Shown here: piece after piece, positions 51,136-61,068 of the stretch
Position numbering within the stretch: the stretch's first letter is position 1
Layout of the letters: each line of letters opens with the position of its first letter
Assembly: GCA_963781585.1 (NCBI GenBank)
Contig: CAWAGQ010000004.1
Span: forward strand, 544,001 to 608,000
Reading direction: 5' to 3'
Source: an uncultured Gemmatimonadaceae bacterium
GTDB taxonomy: Bacteria; Gemmatimonadota; Gemmatimonadetes; Gemmatimonadales; Gemmatimonadaceae
Length of the DNA stretch: 64,000 bases
Translations under genes and position numbers: made by a program
The notes under the pieces: model-generated
Database searches by the model: none
What the model was told of the DNA's origin: nothing
What the model saw: only the letters and a program-made list of their open reading frames with translations

Positions 51136-52322
51136 CAATTCCGGCCGTCGGAGTCGTCGAAGACGCGCAGCACGTTGTAGAACGAGTCACGCTCGGCCGG
51201 CGTCTTCCCGGCGGCGCGGATCAGCCGGAGGATATCGTCCAGGGCCAGGGACTGCGGCGTGGTCGCGCCCACGGCGTGGTAGATCTTTTCGCGCACCACG
51301 GTTCCTTCGAGATCGTTCACGCCGAAATGCAGCGACGTCTGTGACAGGAACGGCGTCACCATGATCCAGTGCGACTTGATGTGGTCGAAGTTGTCGAGAA
51401 ACAGGCGGGCCACGGCAAGGCTCCGGAGATCATCGAATCCGGTGGTGGCCTGACCCTGGCGGCTCAGACGAACACCCAGCTCGTTGTCGTCGGGGTGGTA
51501 CGCCAGCGGGATGTAGGCGAGAAAGCCTCCCGTCTCGTCCTGAAGGTCGCGCAGCATTTCCAGGTGCGCCGCCCGGTCCTCCATGGTCTCGACATGACCG
51601 TAGAGCATGGTGCAGTTGGTGCGGATCCCCAGGCGATGGGCGGCGCGATGCACGCCGATGTAGTCGGCGCCGCCGAGCTTCCTGTCGGCGATCTGTTCGC
51701 GGACGGCGAGGGAGAACGTCTCGGCGCCACCTCCCGGCATCGTGTCGAGTCCGGCCTCGCGCAGCGCCACGAGCACGTCCTCCCAGGACATCTTCTCGAT
51801 GCGCGCGAGGTGCGCGATCTCGACCGCGGTGAGCGCCTTGATGTGCACGTGGGGGAATTCGTGCTTGAGCGCGCGGAACATCGTCGTGTAGTAGTCGAGC
51901 CCCGCCTTCATGTCGAGGCCACCGACGATGTGGAATTCCTTGATCATGCCGTCGCGCGCCGACTCGGCTTCCGCCAGTACCTGATCGAGGTCGTAGCGAT
52001 ACGCCCCTTCTTCCTTCGGCAACCGCGCGTAGCCGCAGAATACGCAGGTCTTGCGCAGGATGCAGACGTTGGTCGGATTGATGTGCTGATTGGCCGCGAA
52101 CGTCACCACGTTGCCGTGGCGCGCGCGGGTCACCGCGTCTGCCATGGCGCCCACGCCGAGCAGGTCGGGCGATCGGAAGAGGGTCACGGCGTCGGCGGGC
52201 GAGAGCCGTTCTCCGGCGCGCACCCTGCGCGCGATGGGTAGCAGCGCCTGATCGCGGACGGCGGCGTCGCGGAACGTCGGGCTGGCGGTTTGGGCCGAAG
52301 GCGGTGCGGTGCGAGCCGTCAT
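51135..52322 (-). CDS. mqnE: aminofutalosine synthase (radical SAM)
   Basis: NQHINPTNVC, EFHIVGG, HIKALTAVEI, MPGGGAE, TMLYGHVET, HIKSHW, EGTVVREKIYH. Confidence 0.88.
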   Translation of the reverse strand: MTARTAPPSAQTASPTFRDAAVRDQALLPIARRVRAGERLSPADAVTLFRSPDLLGVGAMADAVTRARHGNVVTFAANQHINPTNVCILRKTCVFCGYARLPKEEGAYRYDLDQVLAEAESARDGMIKEFHIVGGLDMKAGLDYYTTMFRALKHEFPHVHIKALTAVEIAHLARIEKMSWEDVLVALREAGLDTMPGGGAETFSLAVREQIADRKLGGADYIGVHRAAHRLGIRTNCTMLYGHVETMEDRAAHLEMLRDLQDETGGFLAYIPLAYHPDDNELGVRLSRQGQATTGFDDLRSLAVARLFLDNFDHIKSHWIMVTPFLSQTSLHFGVNDLEGTVVREKIYHAVGATTPQSLALDDILRLIRAAGKTPAERDSFYNVLRVFDDSDGRN

Positions 52323-52336
52323 GCCGGATGCCACAG

Positions 52337-53578
52337 CTACTCCTCGTACCGCCGCACGGCGAGCGTCACGTTGTGGCCGCCGAAGCCGAAGCTGTTGCTG
52401 AGCGCGAGGTCGACCTGCCGGGACACCGGTGTGTTGGGGGCATAGTTGAGGTCGCAGTCGGGATCCGGCGTGCAATAGTTGATGGTGGGCGGCACCACGT
52501 TGTTGGTCACGGCCAGCGTGGAGATCACGAACTCCAGGCCGCCGGCGGCGCCTAACGTATGACCGGTCGACGACTTGGTGGAGCTCACGTGCAGAGTGTG
52601 CGACGCGGGCCCGAATACCGCCTTGATCGCCAGCGTCTCGTTGAGATCGTTGTACGGCGTGGAGGTGCCGTGAGCATTGATGTAGTCCACGTCCTCCGGT
52701 CTCGCGCCCGCGTCACGCAGCGCCCGCACCATGGAGCGTTGCGCACCCTCCCCCTCCGGCGCCGGCTGAGTCATGTGGTAGGCGTCGCCGGTGGCCCCGT
52801 ACCCCACGATCTCGGCATAGATCTGGGCGCCGCGCGCCTTCGCATGCTCGAGCTCCTCGAGTATCACCACGCCCGCGCCCTCGCCCATCACGAAACCGTC
52901 GCGTTCCTTGTCGAAGGGCCGGGAGGCGGTCTTCGGAGAGTCGTTGCGCTCCGAGAGGGCCTGCATGTTCGAGAACCCACCGATGGCCATCGGCGTCACC
53001 GCCGCCTCCGATCCACCGGTGATCATGACATCGGCGTCGCCGTACTGGATGGTGCGAAAGGCATCGCCGATGGCGTGCGCGCTGGTGGCGCAGGCCGACA
53101 CGGTGGCGTAGTTGGGTCCCTTGGCGTTGAATCGCATCGATACGATTCCCGCCGCCATGTCCGAAATGAACATCGGAATGAAGAACGCCGAGATCTTGCT
53201 CGGGCCCCACTCACGATATACGTCGTGTTGCTCCTCGAAGATCTTGAGGCCGCCGATTCCCGATCCGATGATCACGCCGGTATTCAGCGGATCGAAACCA
53301 CCCCGTTCGAGTCCGGCATCGCCCATGGCCTGCACTGCGGCGGCCAGCGCAAACTGCGTGTACACGTCGGTCCGCTTCGCCTCCTTGCGATCCATGTAGG
53401 CGAGTGCATCGAATCCCTTCACCTCGCAGGCGAATCGGACAGGAAACTTCGCGGCATCGAACTTGGAGATGAAGTCTGCACCGGAGACTCCATCCAACAG
53501 CGCGCGCCAGGTCGTCGCGACGTCGTTCCCGACAGGCGAGATTGCTCCGAGTCCGGTGACGACGACCCGACGGCGCAT
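52337..53578 (-). CDS. fabF: beta-ketoacyl-ACP synthase II
   Basis: RRVVVTGLG, SACAT, HGTST, KSSTGHTLGAAG, SNSFGFGGHN. Confidence 0.97.
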   Translation of the reverse strand: MRRRVVVTGLGAISPVGNDVATTWRALLDGVSGADFISKFDAAKFPVRFACEVKGFDALAYMDRKEAKRTDVYTQFALAAAVQAMGDAGLERGGFDPLNTGVIIGSGIGGLKIFEEQHDVYREWGPSKISAFFIPMFISDMAAGIVSMRFNAKGPNYATVSACATSAHAIGDAFRTIQYGDADVMITGGSEAAVTPMAIGGFSNMQALSERNDSPKTASRPFDKERDGFVMGEGAGVVILEELEHAKARGAQIYAEIVGYGATGDAYHMTQPAPEGEGAQRSMVRALRDAGARPEDVDYINAHGTSTPYNDLNETLAIKAVFGPASHTLHVSSTKSSTGHTLGAAGGLEFVISTLAVTNNVVPPTINYCTPDPDCDLNYAPNTPVSRQVDLALSNSFGFGGHNVTLAVRRYEE

Positions 53579-53817
53579 CAGGCCGAGACCTTCTCATTGA
53601 GGTACTTCAGGGCGTCGCCTACCGTGCGAAGCTTCTCGGCGTCCTCGTCCGGGATGTCGATGTTGAACTCCTTCTCGAATTCCATGACCAGCTCGACAAT
53701 ATCGAGACTATCGGCACCCAGGTCTTCGATGAAACTCGCCTCGGGGGTGAGCTTCTCGCGTTCGACTCCCAGCTCCTTCTCAATGATGTCTTTGACCTTC
53801 TCCGCGTGGTCTGCCAT
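53578..53817 (-). CDS. acpP: acyl carrier protein
   Basis: [14 protein letters not shown] phosphopantetheine site; 79 aa; acidic. Confidence 0.98.
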   Translation of the reverse strand: MADHAEKVKDIIEKELGVEREKLTPEASFIEDLGADSLDIVELVMEFEKEFNIDIPDEDAEKLRTVGDALKYLNEKVSA

Positions 53818-53885
53818 GGACGCTCCTCTCCGTGGGGACGAGCCAATGTGGGGTCAGGAAAGATAAGGATAAGATGCGCACAACG

Positions 53886-54623
53886 TTACATCACCATGCC
53901 GCCGTCAACGACGATCACCTGACCGGTGACATAGGAGGCATGTTCTGAAGCGAGAAACGCAACCACCGACGCGACGTCGGTCGGCGTCCCCAGTCGCTCC
54001 AGCGGGATCCGGGCCGTGAGCGATGATCGAGCCTCAGCCGTCATTGCGGCGGTCATCTCGGTTTCGATGAAGCCGGGGGCAACGACATTTGCGAGGATGT
54101 TGCGCGATGCAAACTCCCGCGCCACCGACTTGGTGAGGCCAATCAGTCCGGCCTTGCTGGCGGCGTAGCTGGTTTGTCCCCGGTTGCCGATGAGCCCCAC
54201 CACGCTGGAGATGTTGATCACGCGTCCCCAGCGCCGCTTCATCATGCCGCGCGTGGCCGCCCGAATCGTCGCGAAGGCCGCGCGCAGGTTCGTGTTGATC
54301 ACCGCGTCCCAGTCCTCATCCTTGAGACGCAACATGATGTTGTCGCGCGTAAGTCCCGCGTTGTTCACGAGGATATCGATCGTTCCAAACGTTGTTTCGA
54401 CCTCCGTTACGAGGGAATTCACGTTCGCTACCTCGGACACGTCGCACGCAAACCCCACCGATCCGGCGCCAATTCCGCTCGCCACCTCGGCGGCTCTCGC
54501 GCGGTCGCGTCCCACTACCGCGACACGCGCGCCGCACTCGGCCAGCCGGGTTGCGATGGCATGCCCGATGCCGCGAGTACTGCCGGTTACCAGGGCGGCG
54601 CGCCCCGAGAGGTCGATGTTCAT
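53886..54623 (-). CDS. fabG: 3-oxoacyl-ACP reductase
   Basis: TGSTRGIG, NNAGLTRD, YAASKAG, PGFIETEMT. Confidence 0.96.
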   Translation of the reverse strand: MNIDLSGRAALVTGSTRGIGHAIATRLAECGARVAVVGRDRARAAEVASGIGAGSVGFACDVSEVANVNSLVTEVETTFGTIDILVNNAGLTRDNIMLRLKDEDWDAVINTNLRAAFATIRAATRGMMKRRWGRVINISSVVGLIGNRGQTSYAASKAGLIGLTKSVAREFASRNILANVVAPGFIETEMTAAMTAEARSSLTARIPLERLGTPTDVASVVAFLASEHASYVTGQVIVVDGGMVM

Positions 54624-55564
54624 GCCGGCGCCATGGCAAGCAGCGCGTCCACCTCGGCAGCGGTGCCGCAGGTGAGGGCATGTATTCCCGACACGGTCTT
54701 CCGCGTGAGACCGGTCAGCACCGAGCCCGGTCCCAACTCCACGAAGAGGGCGTCGGGATACGCCGCCGCGAGACCCACCATGATCTGGCTCCATCGCACG
54801 GGAGCGGTCAACTGGTCCACGAGCAGCCGGCGCGCGGTGGCCGCATCGCGGACCGGCTTCGCGGTCACGTTGGCATACACGGGCACCCCCGGCTCGGCGA
54901 GGTCCACGCTGCCCAGAGTCTCGGCGAATCCGTCACGCGCCGACGCCATCAGGGGCGAATGGAACGCGCCACTGACACTCAGCCGCATCGGCCGCGCCCC
55001 GGCTTCTCTGGCCAGCAGCATCGCCCGCTCGACACCCGCGGTTTCTCCCGACACGACGATCTGCGTCGGCGAGTTGTAGTTCGCGGGGACGACGATCCCA
55101 CCTTGTGGACTGGCGCTGGCGTCGGCGCAGATATCGTCGATGCTCCGGGACGGGGTCCCCACGATCGCGGCCATGGTACCGGGCCGCGCGTCGCCGGCCG
55201 CGCGCATCAGCGCGCCGCGCCGCCTCACGAGTCGCGCCGCATCGCTCAGACCGAGCGAGCCCGCGGCATGATACGCGGTGAGTTCGCCCAGTGAATGACC
55301 GGCGGCCGCCCGCACGTGGTCGCCGAGAGCATCGCGCAGCACCGCCCATACCGCCGCGCCGTGCGCGAGCAAGGCGGGCTGCGCATTCTGCGTGAGCGTG
55401 AGTTCGTCCGCGGGTCCGGCGAAGCAGAGTCGGGACAGCGGCTCGGCCAGCGCTTCGTCGACGCACTCGAAGGCGTCCCGCGCCTGCGGGAAGGCGTCCG
55501 CAAGGTCCTTTCCCATTCCTGGCTTCTGCGACCCCTGGCCGGGGAAGAGAAGGACGAGCTGCAC
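54620..55564 (-). CDS. fabD: malonyl-CoA:ACP transacylase
   Basis: FPGQGSQ, GHSLGE, NYNSPTQIV, SGAFHS, ELGPG. Confidence 0.96.
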   Translation of the reverse strand: MQLVLLFPGQGSQKPGMGKDLADAFPQARDAFECVDEALAEPLSRLCFAGPADELTLTQNAQPALLAHGAAVWAVLRDALGDHVRAAAGHSLGELTAYHAAGSLGLSDAARLVRRRGALMRAAGDARPGTMAAIVGTPSRSIDDICADASASPQGGIVVPANYNSPTQIVVSGETAGVERAMLLAREAGARPMRLSVSGAFHSPLMASARDGFAETLGSVDLAEPGVPVYANVTAKPVRDAATARRLLVDQLTAPVRWSQIMVGLAAAYPDALFVELGPGSVLTGLTRKTVSGIHALTCGTAAEVDALLAMAPA

Positions 55565-55620
55565 GGAGTCGGTAGCGGGTGGCGGAGCGACCTGGTTCGC
55601 GGACACTTGCGGCGGCGGCA

Positions 55621-56610
55621 CTAGAAGCGAACCACCAATGAGGCCCAGGTGAATCCCGCGCCGAACGCCACCAGGAGAACGGTCGCCCCATCTCCCACCC
55701 GTCCGCACGAGATCGCCTCTTCGAGGGCGATCGGAATGGAAGCCGAGCTGGTATTGCCGTAGCGGTCCACATTTACGAACACTTTCTCCATCGGCACGCC
55801 TGCGTGCTTGGCGGTGGCTTCGATGATGCGCACGTTTGCCTGATGCGGAATCAGAAGGTCGATGTCGTGGCCGGTCAACTTTGCACCATCGAGCGCCCGG
55901 TCGCAGGCATCGGACATCGAGCGGACCGCGTGCTTGAAGACTTCCCGTCCCTCCATCTGGATGAAGTACGAGCGATCCTGCAGCGCCTTTGCGTCGAACG
56001 GGTGGGTGGAGCCGCCGCTCGGCCGGTGCAGCAGCTCAGCGAGTGTGCCGTCGCTGCGAAAATACGTGGAGAGGATTCCCTTCCCTTGCCGGGAACGCTT
56101 GAGGATCGCGGCGCCCGCGCCGTCGCCGAACAGGACACAGGTTGTCCGATCCTGCCAGTCGGTCACGGCGCTCAGCCGCTCGGTACCAACCACCAGTGCC
56201 GTTTCTGCGCTGCCGTTCATCATGAGTCCTTCGGCGACGATCAGTCCGTAGAGCCAGCTCGAGCAGGCCGCCGAGACGTCGAAAGCGGCCGCTCTGGTCG
56301 CGCCGAGCTCGGCCTGCAACTCGACGGCGGTGGCGGGGAGCAGTCGGTCGGGCGAGGCGGTGCCGAGGACGATGACGTCCAACTCGCCGGCGTGGACGCC
56401 GGCGCGCTCCATGGCAACGCGGGCCGCGGCCGCGGACATCTCGTGGTTCGACTCCCCGGCGCCGGCAAGGTGGCGTTCGTGGATGCCGGTGCGCTGCACG
56501 ATCCACGCGTCGCTGGTGTCGAGCCCCATGGCCGCGAATTCGTCGTTTCGCATAACGCGGCGGGGCGCATACTTGCCCACGCCGGCGAAGTACGCCACGG
56601 GGCGCTTCAC
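55621..56610 (-). CDS. fabH: beta-ketoacyl-ACP synthase III
   Basis: SAACS, LFGDGAGA, PHQAN, YGNTSSAS (C-H-N triad), FGAGFTW. Confidence 0.96.
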   Translation of the reverse strand: MKRPVAYFAGVGKYAPRRVMRNDEFAAMGLDTSDAWIVQRTGIHERHLAGAGESNHEMSAAAARVAMERAGVHAGELDVIVLGTASPDRLLPATAVELQAELGATRAAAFDVSAACSSWLYGLIVAEGLMMNGSAETALVVGTERLSAVTDWQDRTTCVLFGDGAGAAILKRSRQGKGILSTYFRSDGTLAELLHRPSGGSTHPFDAKALQDRSYFIQMEGREVFKHAVRSMSDACDRALDGAKLTGHDIDLLIPHQANVRIIEATAKHAGVPMEKVFVNVDRYGNTSSASIPIALEEAISCGRVGDGATVLLVAFGAGFTWASLVVRF

Positions 56611-57662
56611 GCTGTCCCGTCGCCAGGGCCTGCCGCGGCTCCGACCTTTCCAGCCTCCGCGTGTGCGAGCCGCGAGCCGATGTGTTCATCGAGACGGGAA
56701 TCGGCTGCCCGGGCCGCCACGCGGATCGCGTTCTTCAGTGCGAGCGCCGAGGACTTGCCGTGGGCGATGATGCTCACGCCATGCACGCCGAGCAGCGGTG
56801 CCCCGCCGTATTGCGAGTAGTCGAGGTGCTGAAGAGCGCCGGCAACGCTGCGCGCCTCTACGCGCGCCGCTTTCAGGACGACGCCGACGAGCATCGGCGC
56901 CACCGACTCGTAGAACTTGAGCAGCACGTTGCCGACAAATCCGTCGCAGACCACGACGTCGAAGGGCCCGCGGTCGCTGGCGCCGAGGGGCACATCACGT
57001 CCTTCAATGTTCCCCTGGAAGTTGAGCCCCGATGCCGCCAGCAGTTGGTGCGCCTCCTTGGTGACGGCGTCGCCCTTCTCCGGCTCCTCGCCGATGCTCA
57101 ACAAACCCACCACCGGGTTCTCCCGCCCCAGCACGTCCCTCGCGTAAAGCGCACCGAGGCTGGCGAACTGCACCAGTTCCTGCGCCGAGCAATCGACGTT
57201 GGCCCCTGAATCGAGCACCACGATCGGCTCGCGGGCTGTCGGGAACGTGGTGGCGATGGCGGGACGCGCGATTCCCGCGTGCAGCCGGAGGACCATGACC
57301 GAGATCGCCATTTGTGCACCGGTGTTGCCCGCGGAAACGAACGCGTCCGACTGCCCTTCCTGCTGCAATCGCAGGCCGACGTGCATCGACGACTTCGCCT
57401 TTCCGCGGAGGACGGCCGACGGCTTGTCCGACATCTCGATGACGTCGGCGGCGTCCACGATGTCCAGGCGGTTCTGGTGCGGCGCGCACGACGCATACTC
57501 GGCCGCGAGGTGGCTCCGGAGCTGTTCGCGGATGGTGTCTCCATGGCCGACCAGCTGCACGCGCAGCGGTGGGCCGAGGTCATCCAGCGCGAGCAGTGCA
57601 CCACCGACCGGTGCCGCGGGGGCGAAATCGCCGCCCATCGCGTCCAGCGCGACGCGAGCCAA
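56607..57662 (-). CDS. plsX: phosphate acyltransferase PlsX
   Basis: ALDAMGGDFAP, VSAGNTGA, DSGANVD, NIEGRD, CDGFVGNVLLK, YGGAPLLG, HGKS; TTG start inferred. Confidence 0.94.
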   Translation of the reverse strand: MARVALDAMGGDFAPAAPVGGALLALDDLGPPLRVQLVGHGDTIREQLRSHLAAEYASCAPHQNRLDIVDAADVIEMSDKPSAVLRGKAKSSMHVGLRLQQEGQSDAFVSAGNTGAQMAISVMVLRLHAGIARPAIATTFPTAREPIVVLDSGANVDCSAQELVQFASLGALYARDVLGRENPVVGLLSIGEEPEKGDAVTKEAHQLLAASGLNFQGNIEGRDVPLGASDRGPFDVVVCDGFVGNVLLKFYESVAPMLVGVVLKAARVEARSVAGALQHLDYSQYGGAPLLGVHGVSIIAHGKSSALALKNAIRVAARAADSRLDEHIGSRLAHAEAGKVGAAAGPGDGTA

Positions 57663-57664
57663 TG

Positions 57665-57847
57665 TCAGGCCTCCCGGGCCGCGACTCGCTGCTCTCCGGC
57701 GTAGTAGCCGCACTCCTCGCAAACACGGTGCGGTCGCTTGGGAGCCTGGCAACGCGGACACTTCTGCAGGGCGATACGCGGTGCGGCCTGGTGCGTGGCG
57801 CGCGCGCGCTTACGTCGCTTCGAGGTTCTTCGTTTCGGGACAGCCAT
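57665..57847 (-). CDS. rpmF: 50S ribosomal protein L32
   Basis: MAVPKRRTSK, CPRC...HRVCEECGYY. Confidence 0.97.
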   Translation of the reverse strand: MAVPKRRTSKRRKRARATHQAAPRIALQKCPRCQAPKRPHRVCEECGYYAGEQRVAAREA

Positions 57848-57983
57848 GGGATTCGGTGGTGGACGGTGGGGGCGATGGTGGATGTCGCGGGGATGCCGGG
57901 GAGTCGTCGCGAATCAAGGCGGCGGCCTCTCGGAGCGCTGCCGCTCGCGCGCTCGGGTCACCATCGCGTGAGTGGGTCGATTG

Positions 57984-58490
57984 TCAGGTATCCGGTCTCG
58001 AGTCCTGCAGGGCGCGCCAGCGCGGATCGGTCTCGGTCTCGCACGTGCAGGGCCCCTGATTGAGATCCGCGCCGCAGCGAGGGCAGAGTCCCCGACAGTC
58101 GTCGCGGCAGAGCGCGAATGCGGGTACGGCGAGCAGCCATTGCTCACGCACGGCAGGACGAAGATCGACGTCCCGCGCGCGTGGGTCCAGCAAGTACACG
58201 TCCGACTCGTCAGCGTCCTCATCGCCGGAGTCGGCGAACAGGAGATGCAGTTCTTCAGTTACCGGAACGGCGACGTCGGCAAGACAGCGTCGGCATTCGG
58301 TTGCACGCACACCCTGGAGGCGACCGCGGAAATAGAAGCGGCTTTCTCCGGCCGACGAGAGTCTACCGGCGACCAGAACAGACCCGGCAGGCTTCGCGTC
58401 CCCCTCCTTCCAGATCGGGTCGTCACTCGTCAACCCGCCGTCCACCCGAACAGCGTTGGACTCCAGAGAGGCACGGTCAAAGTACAGCAT
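57984..58490 (-). CDS. DUF177 / YceD family protein
   Basis: CRRCL and LCRDDCRGLCPRCG.DLN..PC.C...DPRW; upstream of rpmF. Confidence 0.92.
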   Translation of the reverse strand: MLYFDRASLESNAVRVDGGLTSDDPIWKEGDAKPAGSVLVAGRLSSAGESRFYFRGRLQGVRATECRRCLADVAVPVTEELHLLFADSGDEDADESDVYLLDPRARDVDLRPAVREQWLLAVPAFALCRDDCRGLCPRCGADLNQGPCTCETETDPRWRALQDSRPDT

Positions 58491-58578
58491 AGAACGCCGG
58501 AATCTAGACCCTGCGACCGAGAGGGTCAAGTCGCTGCGCCAAAGAGACTTAGGGCGCGCTACTTCGAGCGACGCATCC

Positions 58579-59010
58579 CTATGCGCGATTCCGGATTACG
58601 TCGCTCTCGGCGAAGAAATACCGTGCCTCACGGATCGCATTGTCGTCCGAGTCGCTCGCGTGGATGGCGTTGCGCTCTTTGGACTCCGCATACAGCCGTC
58701 GGACGGTGCCCTCGGCCGCTTCCCCCGGATCGGTGGCGCCGATGACGCGCCGCAACTCCGACACGGCGTCGGCGCGTTCCAGCACCATGGGCAGGCAGGG
58801 ACCGGAGGTCATGAACGTTACGAGGGGTCCGTAGAACGGGCGCTCGCGATGCACCTCGTAGAACTTCTCCGCCTCGGCCCGCGTGAGCCGCACGACGCGC
58901 GCCGCCAGAATGCGGAAGCCGGCCGCCTCCAGATGTGCGACGATCCGGCCCGTCTTCCCTGACGAGAAGGCGTCGGGCTTGATGATGGCGAGGGTGATGG
59001 TGGATGGCAT
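58579..59010 (-). CDS. ndk: nucleoside-diphosphate kinase
   Basis: TLAIIKPDA, FYEVH.ERPF, GATDP, GTVR, NAIHASDS. Confidence 0.97.
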   Translation of the reverse strand: MPSTITLAIIKPDAFSSGKTGRIVAHLEAAGFRILAARVVRLTRAEAEKFYEVHRERPFYGPLVTFMTSGPCLPMVLERADAVSELRRVIGATDPGEAAEGTVRRLYAESKERNAIHASDSDDNAIREARYFFAESDVIRNRA

Positions 59011-59053
59011 GTTGAGGACGGGAATGGACGATCCCGGTGCTCGTGGCACCGGC

Positions 59054-59926
59054 CTACTTCAGCCGCTCGCGAACAAGGGTGACGAAATCGACCGGCCGCT
59101 GCGCCACGGCGATGCCCGCGGCGCCGAACGCCGCGATCTTCTCGTCGGCGGTGCCCGATGACCCGCTGATGATCGCGCCGGCGTGGCCCATTCGCCGTCC
59201 CGGCGGGGCGGTCCGCCCGGCGATGAACCCGACGACCGGCTTCTTCATGTTCGCCTTCACGAATTCCGAGGCGCTCTGCTCGTCGGTGCCACCGATTTCG
59301 CCGATCATGCAGATCGCATGCGTGCGCTCATCGGCTTCGAACGCGGCCAGGCAATCGATGAAGTTGGTCCCGTTGATGGGATCGCCTCCGATCCCGATGC
59401 ACGTCGTTTGACCAATGCCTGCTCGCGTGAGCTGGAACACCACCTCGTAGGTGAGCGTCCCCGAGCGACTGACCACACCGACGGGGCCCGGCGTGCAGAT
59501 GCGGCCGGGAATGATGCCGACCTTCGACGCACCGGCCGAGATCAGGCCCGGACAATTGGGACCGAGCAGGCGGGCGCCCTTGTCGCGCACGTACGGATAG
59601 ACCTGGGCCATGTCGAGCACCGGGACGCCTTCGGTAATGGCGACGATCAGTCGCACGCCGGCGTCGGCTGCTTCCATGATGGCGTCGGCGGCGAAAGCAG
59701 GCGGAACATAGATCACCGAGGTGTTCGCGCCTGTCTGCGCCACGGCGTCGGCCACGGTGTTGAAGATCGGGACCTCGCTGTCGAAGCGCTGGCCGCCCTT
59801 GCCAGGGGTGACGCCGGCCACGACCCGCGTTCCGTACTCGCGCATCTGCTTCGTGTGGAACGACCCGTCGCGGCCGGTGATGCCCTGCACCACCACGGTC
59901 GTCTGGCGATCGATGAAGATGCTCAC
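59054..59926 (-). CDS. sucD: succinyl-CoA synthetase alpha subunit
   Basis: [33 protein letters not shown]. Confidence 0.97.
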   Translation of the reverse strand: MSIFIDRQTTVVVQGITGRDGSFHTKQMREYGTRVVAGVTPGKGGQRFDSEVPIFNTVADAVAQTGANTSVIYVPPAFAADAIMEAADAGVRLIVAITEGVPVLDMAQVYPYVRDKGARLLGPNCPGLISAGASKVGIIPGRICTPGPVGVVSRSGTLTYEVVFQLTRAGIGQTTCIGIGGDPINGTNFIDCLAAFEADERTHAICMIGEIGGTDEQSASEFVKANMKKPVVGFIAGRTAPPGRRMGHAGAIISGSSGTADEKIAAFGAAGIAVAQRPVDFVTLVRERLK

Positions 59927-61068
59927 GCGGCCGTCCCCCCTTTCGCGAGGGACACCGCCAGCTTCACGGCTTCGTCCATGTCGGCCGACGCCGAGAATCC
60001 GTTCCGTTGCAGGATCTCCATCGCGATCTCTTCGTTGGTGCCCGTCAGGCGGATGACGATCGGCACGCCCAGCGGCCGGTCCCGGGTGGCGGTCACGATG
60101 CCGTTCGCCACGTCGTCGGTGCGGGTGATGCCGCCGAAGATGTTGAACAGGATCGCGCGCACGCTCGGGTCGGCGGTAATGATGCGCAGTGCGCTCACGA
60201 CCTTCTCCGGCGACGACGATCCGCCGATGTCGAGAAAGTTGGCGGGTTGGCCGCCGTAGTACTTCACCAGGTCCATGGTCGCCATGGCCAGGCCGGCTCC
60301 GTTCACGCAGCAGCCCACGTTTCCGTCGAGCTTGATGAACGTAAGGCCCGCCCGACGCGCGTCGACCTCGCTCGGCGCCTCGGCGCTCTCGTCGCGCAAC
60401 GCGGCAACCGCGCTGCGGCGGTCGAGCTCATTGTCGTCGATCACCATTTTCGCGTCCACCGCCACCACGTCGCCCGACGGGGTCACGACCAGCGGGTTGA
60501 TCTCCGCGAGGGAGCACCCGGTCTGCATGAACGCGGCATGAAGCTGTTGCATGATGCGCGCGGCGGCGCGCGCTGTGGCCAGGCTGTCGTACAGAAAGAA
60601 CCCGAGGCGCATCGACTGGAACGGGAGCAACCCGTACCGCGCGTCCACCGGGAGCTTGAGGATCTTCTCCGGCGTGGTCGCGGCAACCTCCTCGATGTCG
60701 ATGCCGCCGGCGGGACTCACCATGAACACGGGGCTCTTGCTGGCGCGGTCGAGGATGATTCCAACGTACGCCTCACCGGCGATGTCGGCCGCCTGGGTGA
60801 CCAGGACCTTTCCGACGGTGAGGCCCTTGATCTGCATTCCCAGGATGGCCTGCGCCTTGTCGCGCGCCTCGCGCGGCGTCTTCGCCAGCTTCACGCCGCC
60901 GGCCTTTCCGCGGCCGCCCGCGTGCACCTGGGCCTTGACCACGACCGTGCCGCCGATGCGGCGTGCGATGGCCTCGGCCTCTTCGGGGGTGGTCGCGACC
61001 TCGCCCGGCGGGATCGGGACGCCGTACCCTCGCAGGATCTCCTTGGCCTGGTATTCGTGGATGTTCAC
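59923..61068 (-). CDS. sucC: succinyl-CoA synthetase beta subunit
   Basis: [53 protein letters not shown]. Confidence 0.97.
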   Translation of the reverse strand: MNIHEYQAKEILRGYGVPIPPGEVATTPEEAEAIARRIGGTVVVKAQVHAGGRGKAGGVKLAKTPREARDKAQAILGMQIKGLTVGKVLVTQAADIAGEAYVGIILDRASKSPVFMVSPAGGIDIEEVAATTPEKILKLPVDARYGLLPFQSMRLGFFLYDSLATARAAARIMQQLHAAFMQTGCSLAEINPLVVTPSGDVVAVDAKMVIDDNELDRRSAVAALRDESAEAPSEVDARRAGLTFIKLDGNVGCCVNGAGLAMATMDLVKYYGGQPANFLDIGGSSSPEKVVSALRIITADPSVRAILFNIFGGITRTDDVANGIVTATRDRPLGVPIVIRLTGTNEEIAMEILQRNGFSASADMDEAVKLAVSLAKGGTAA

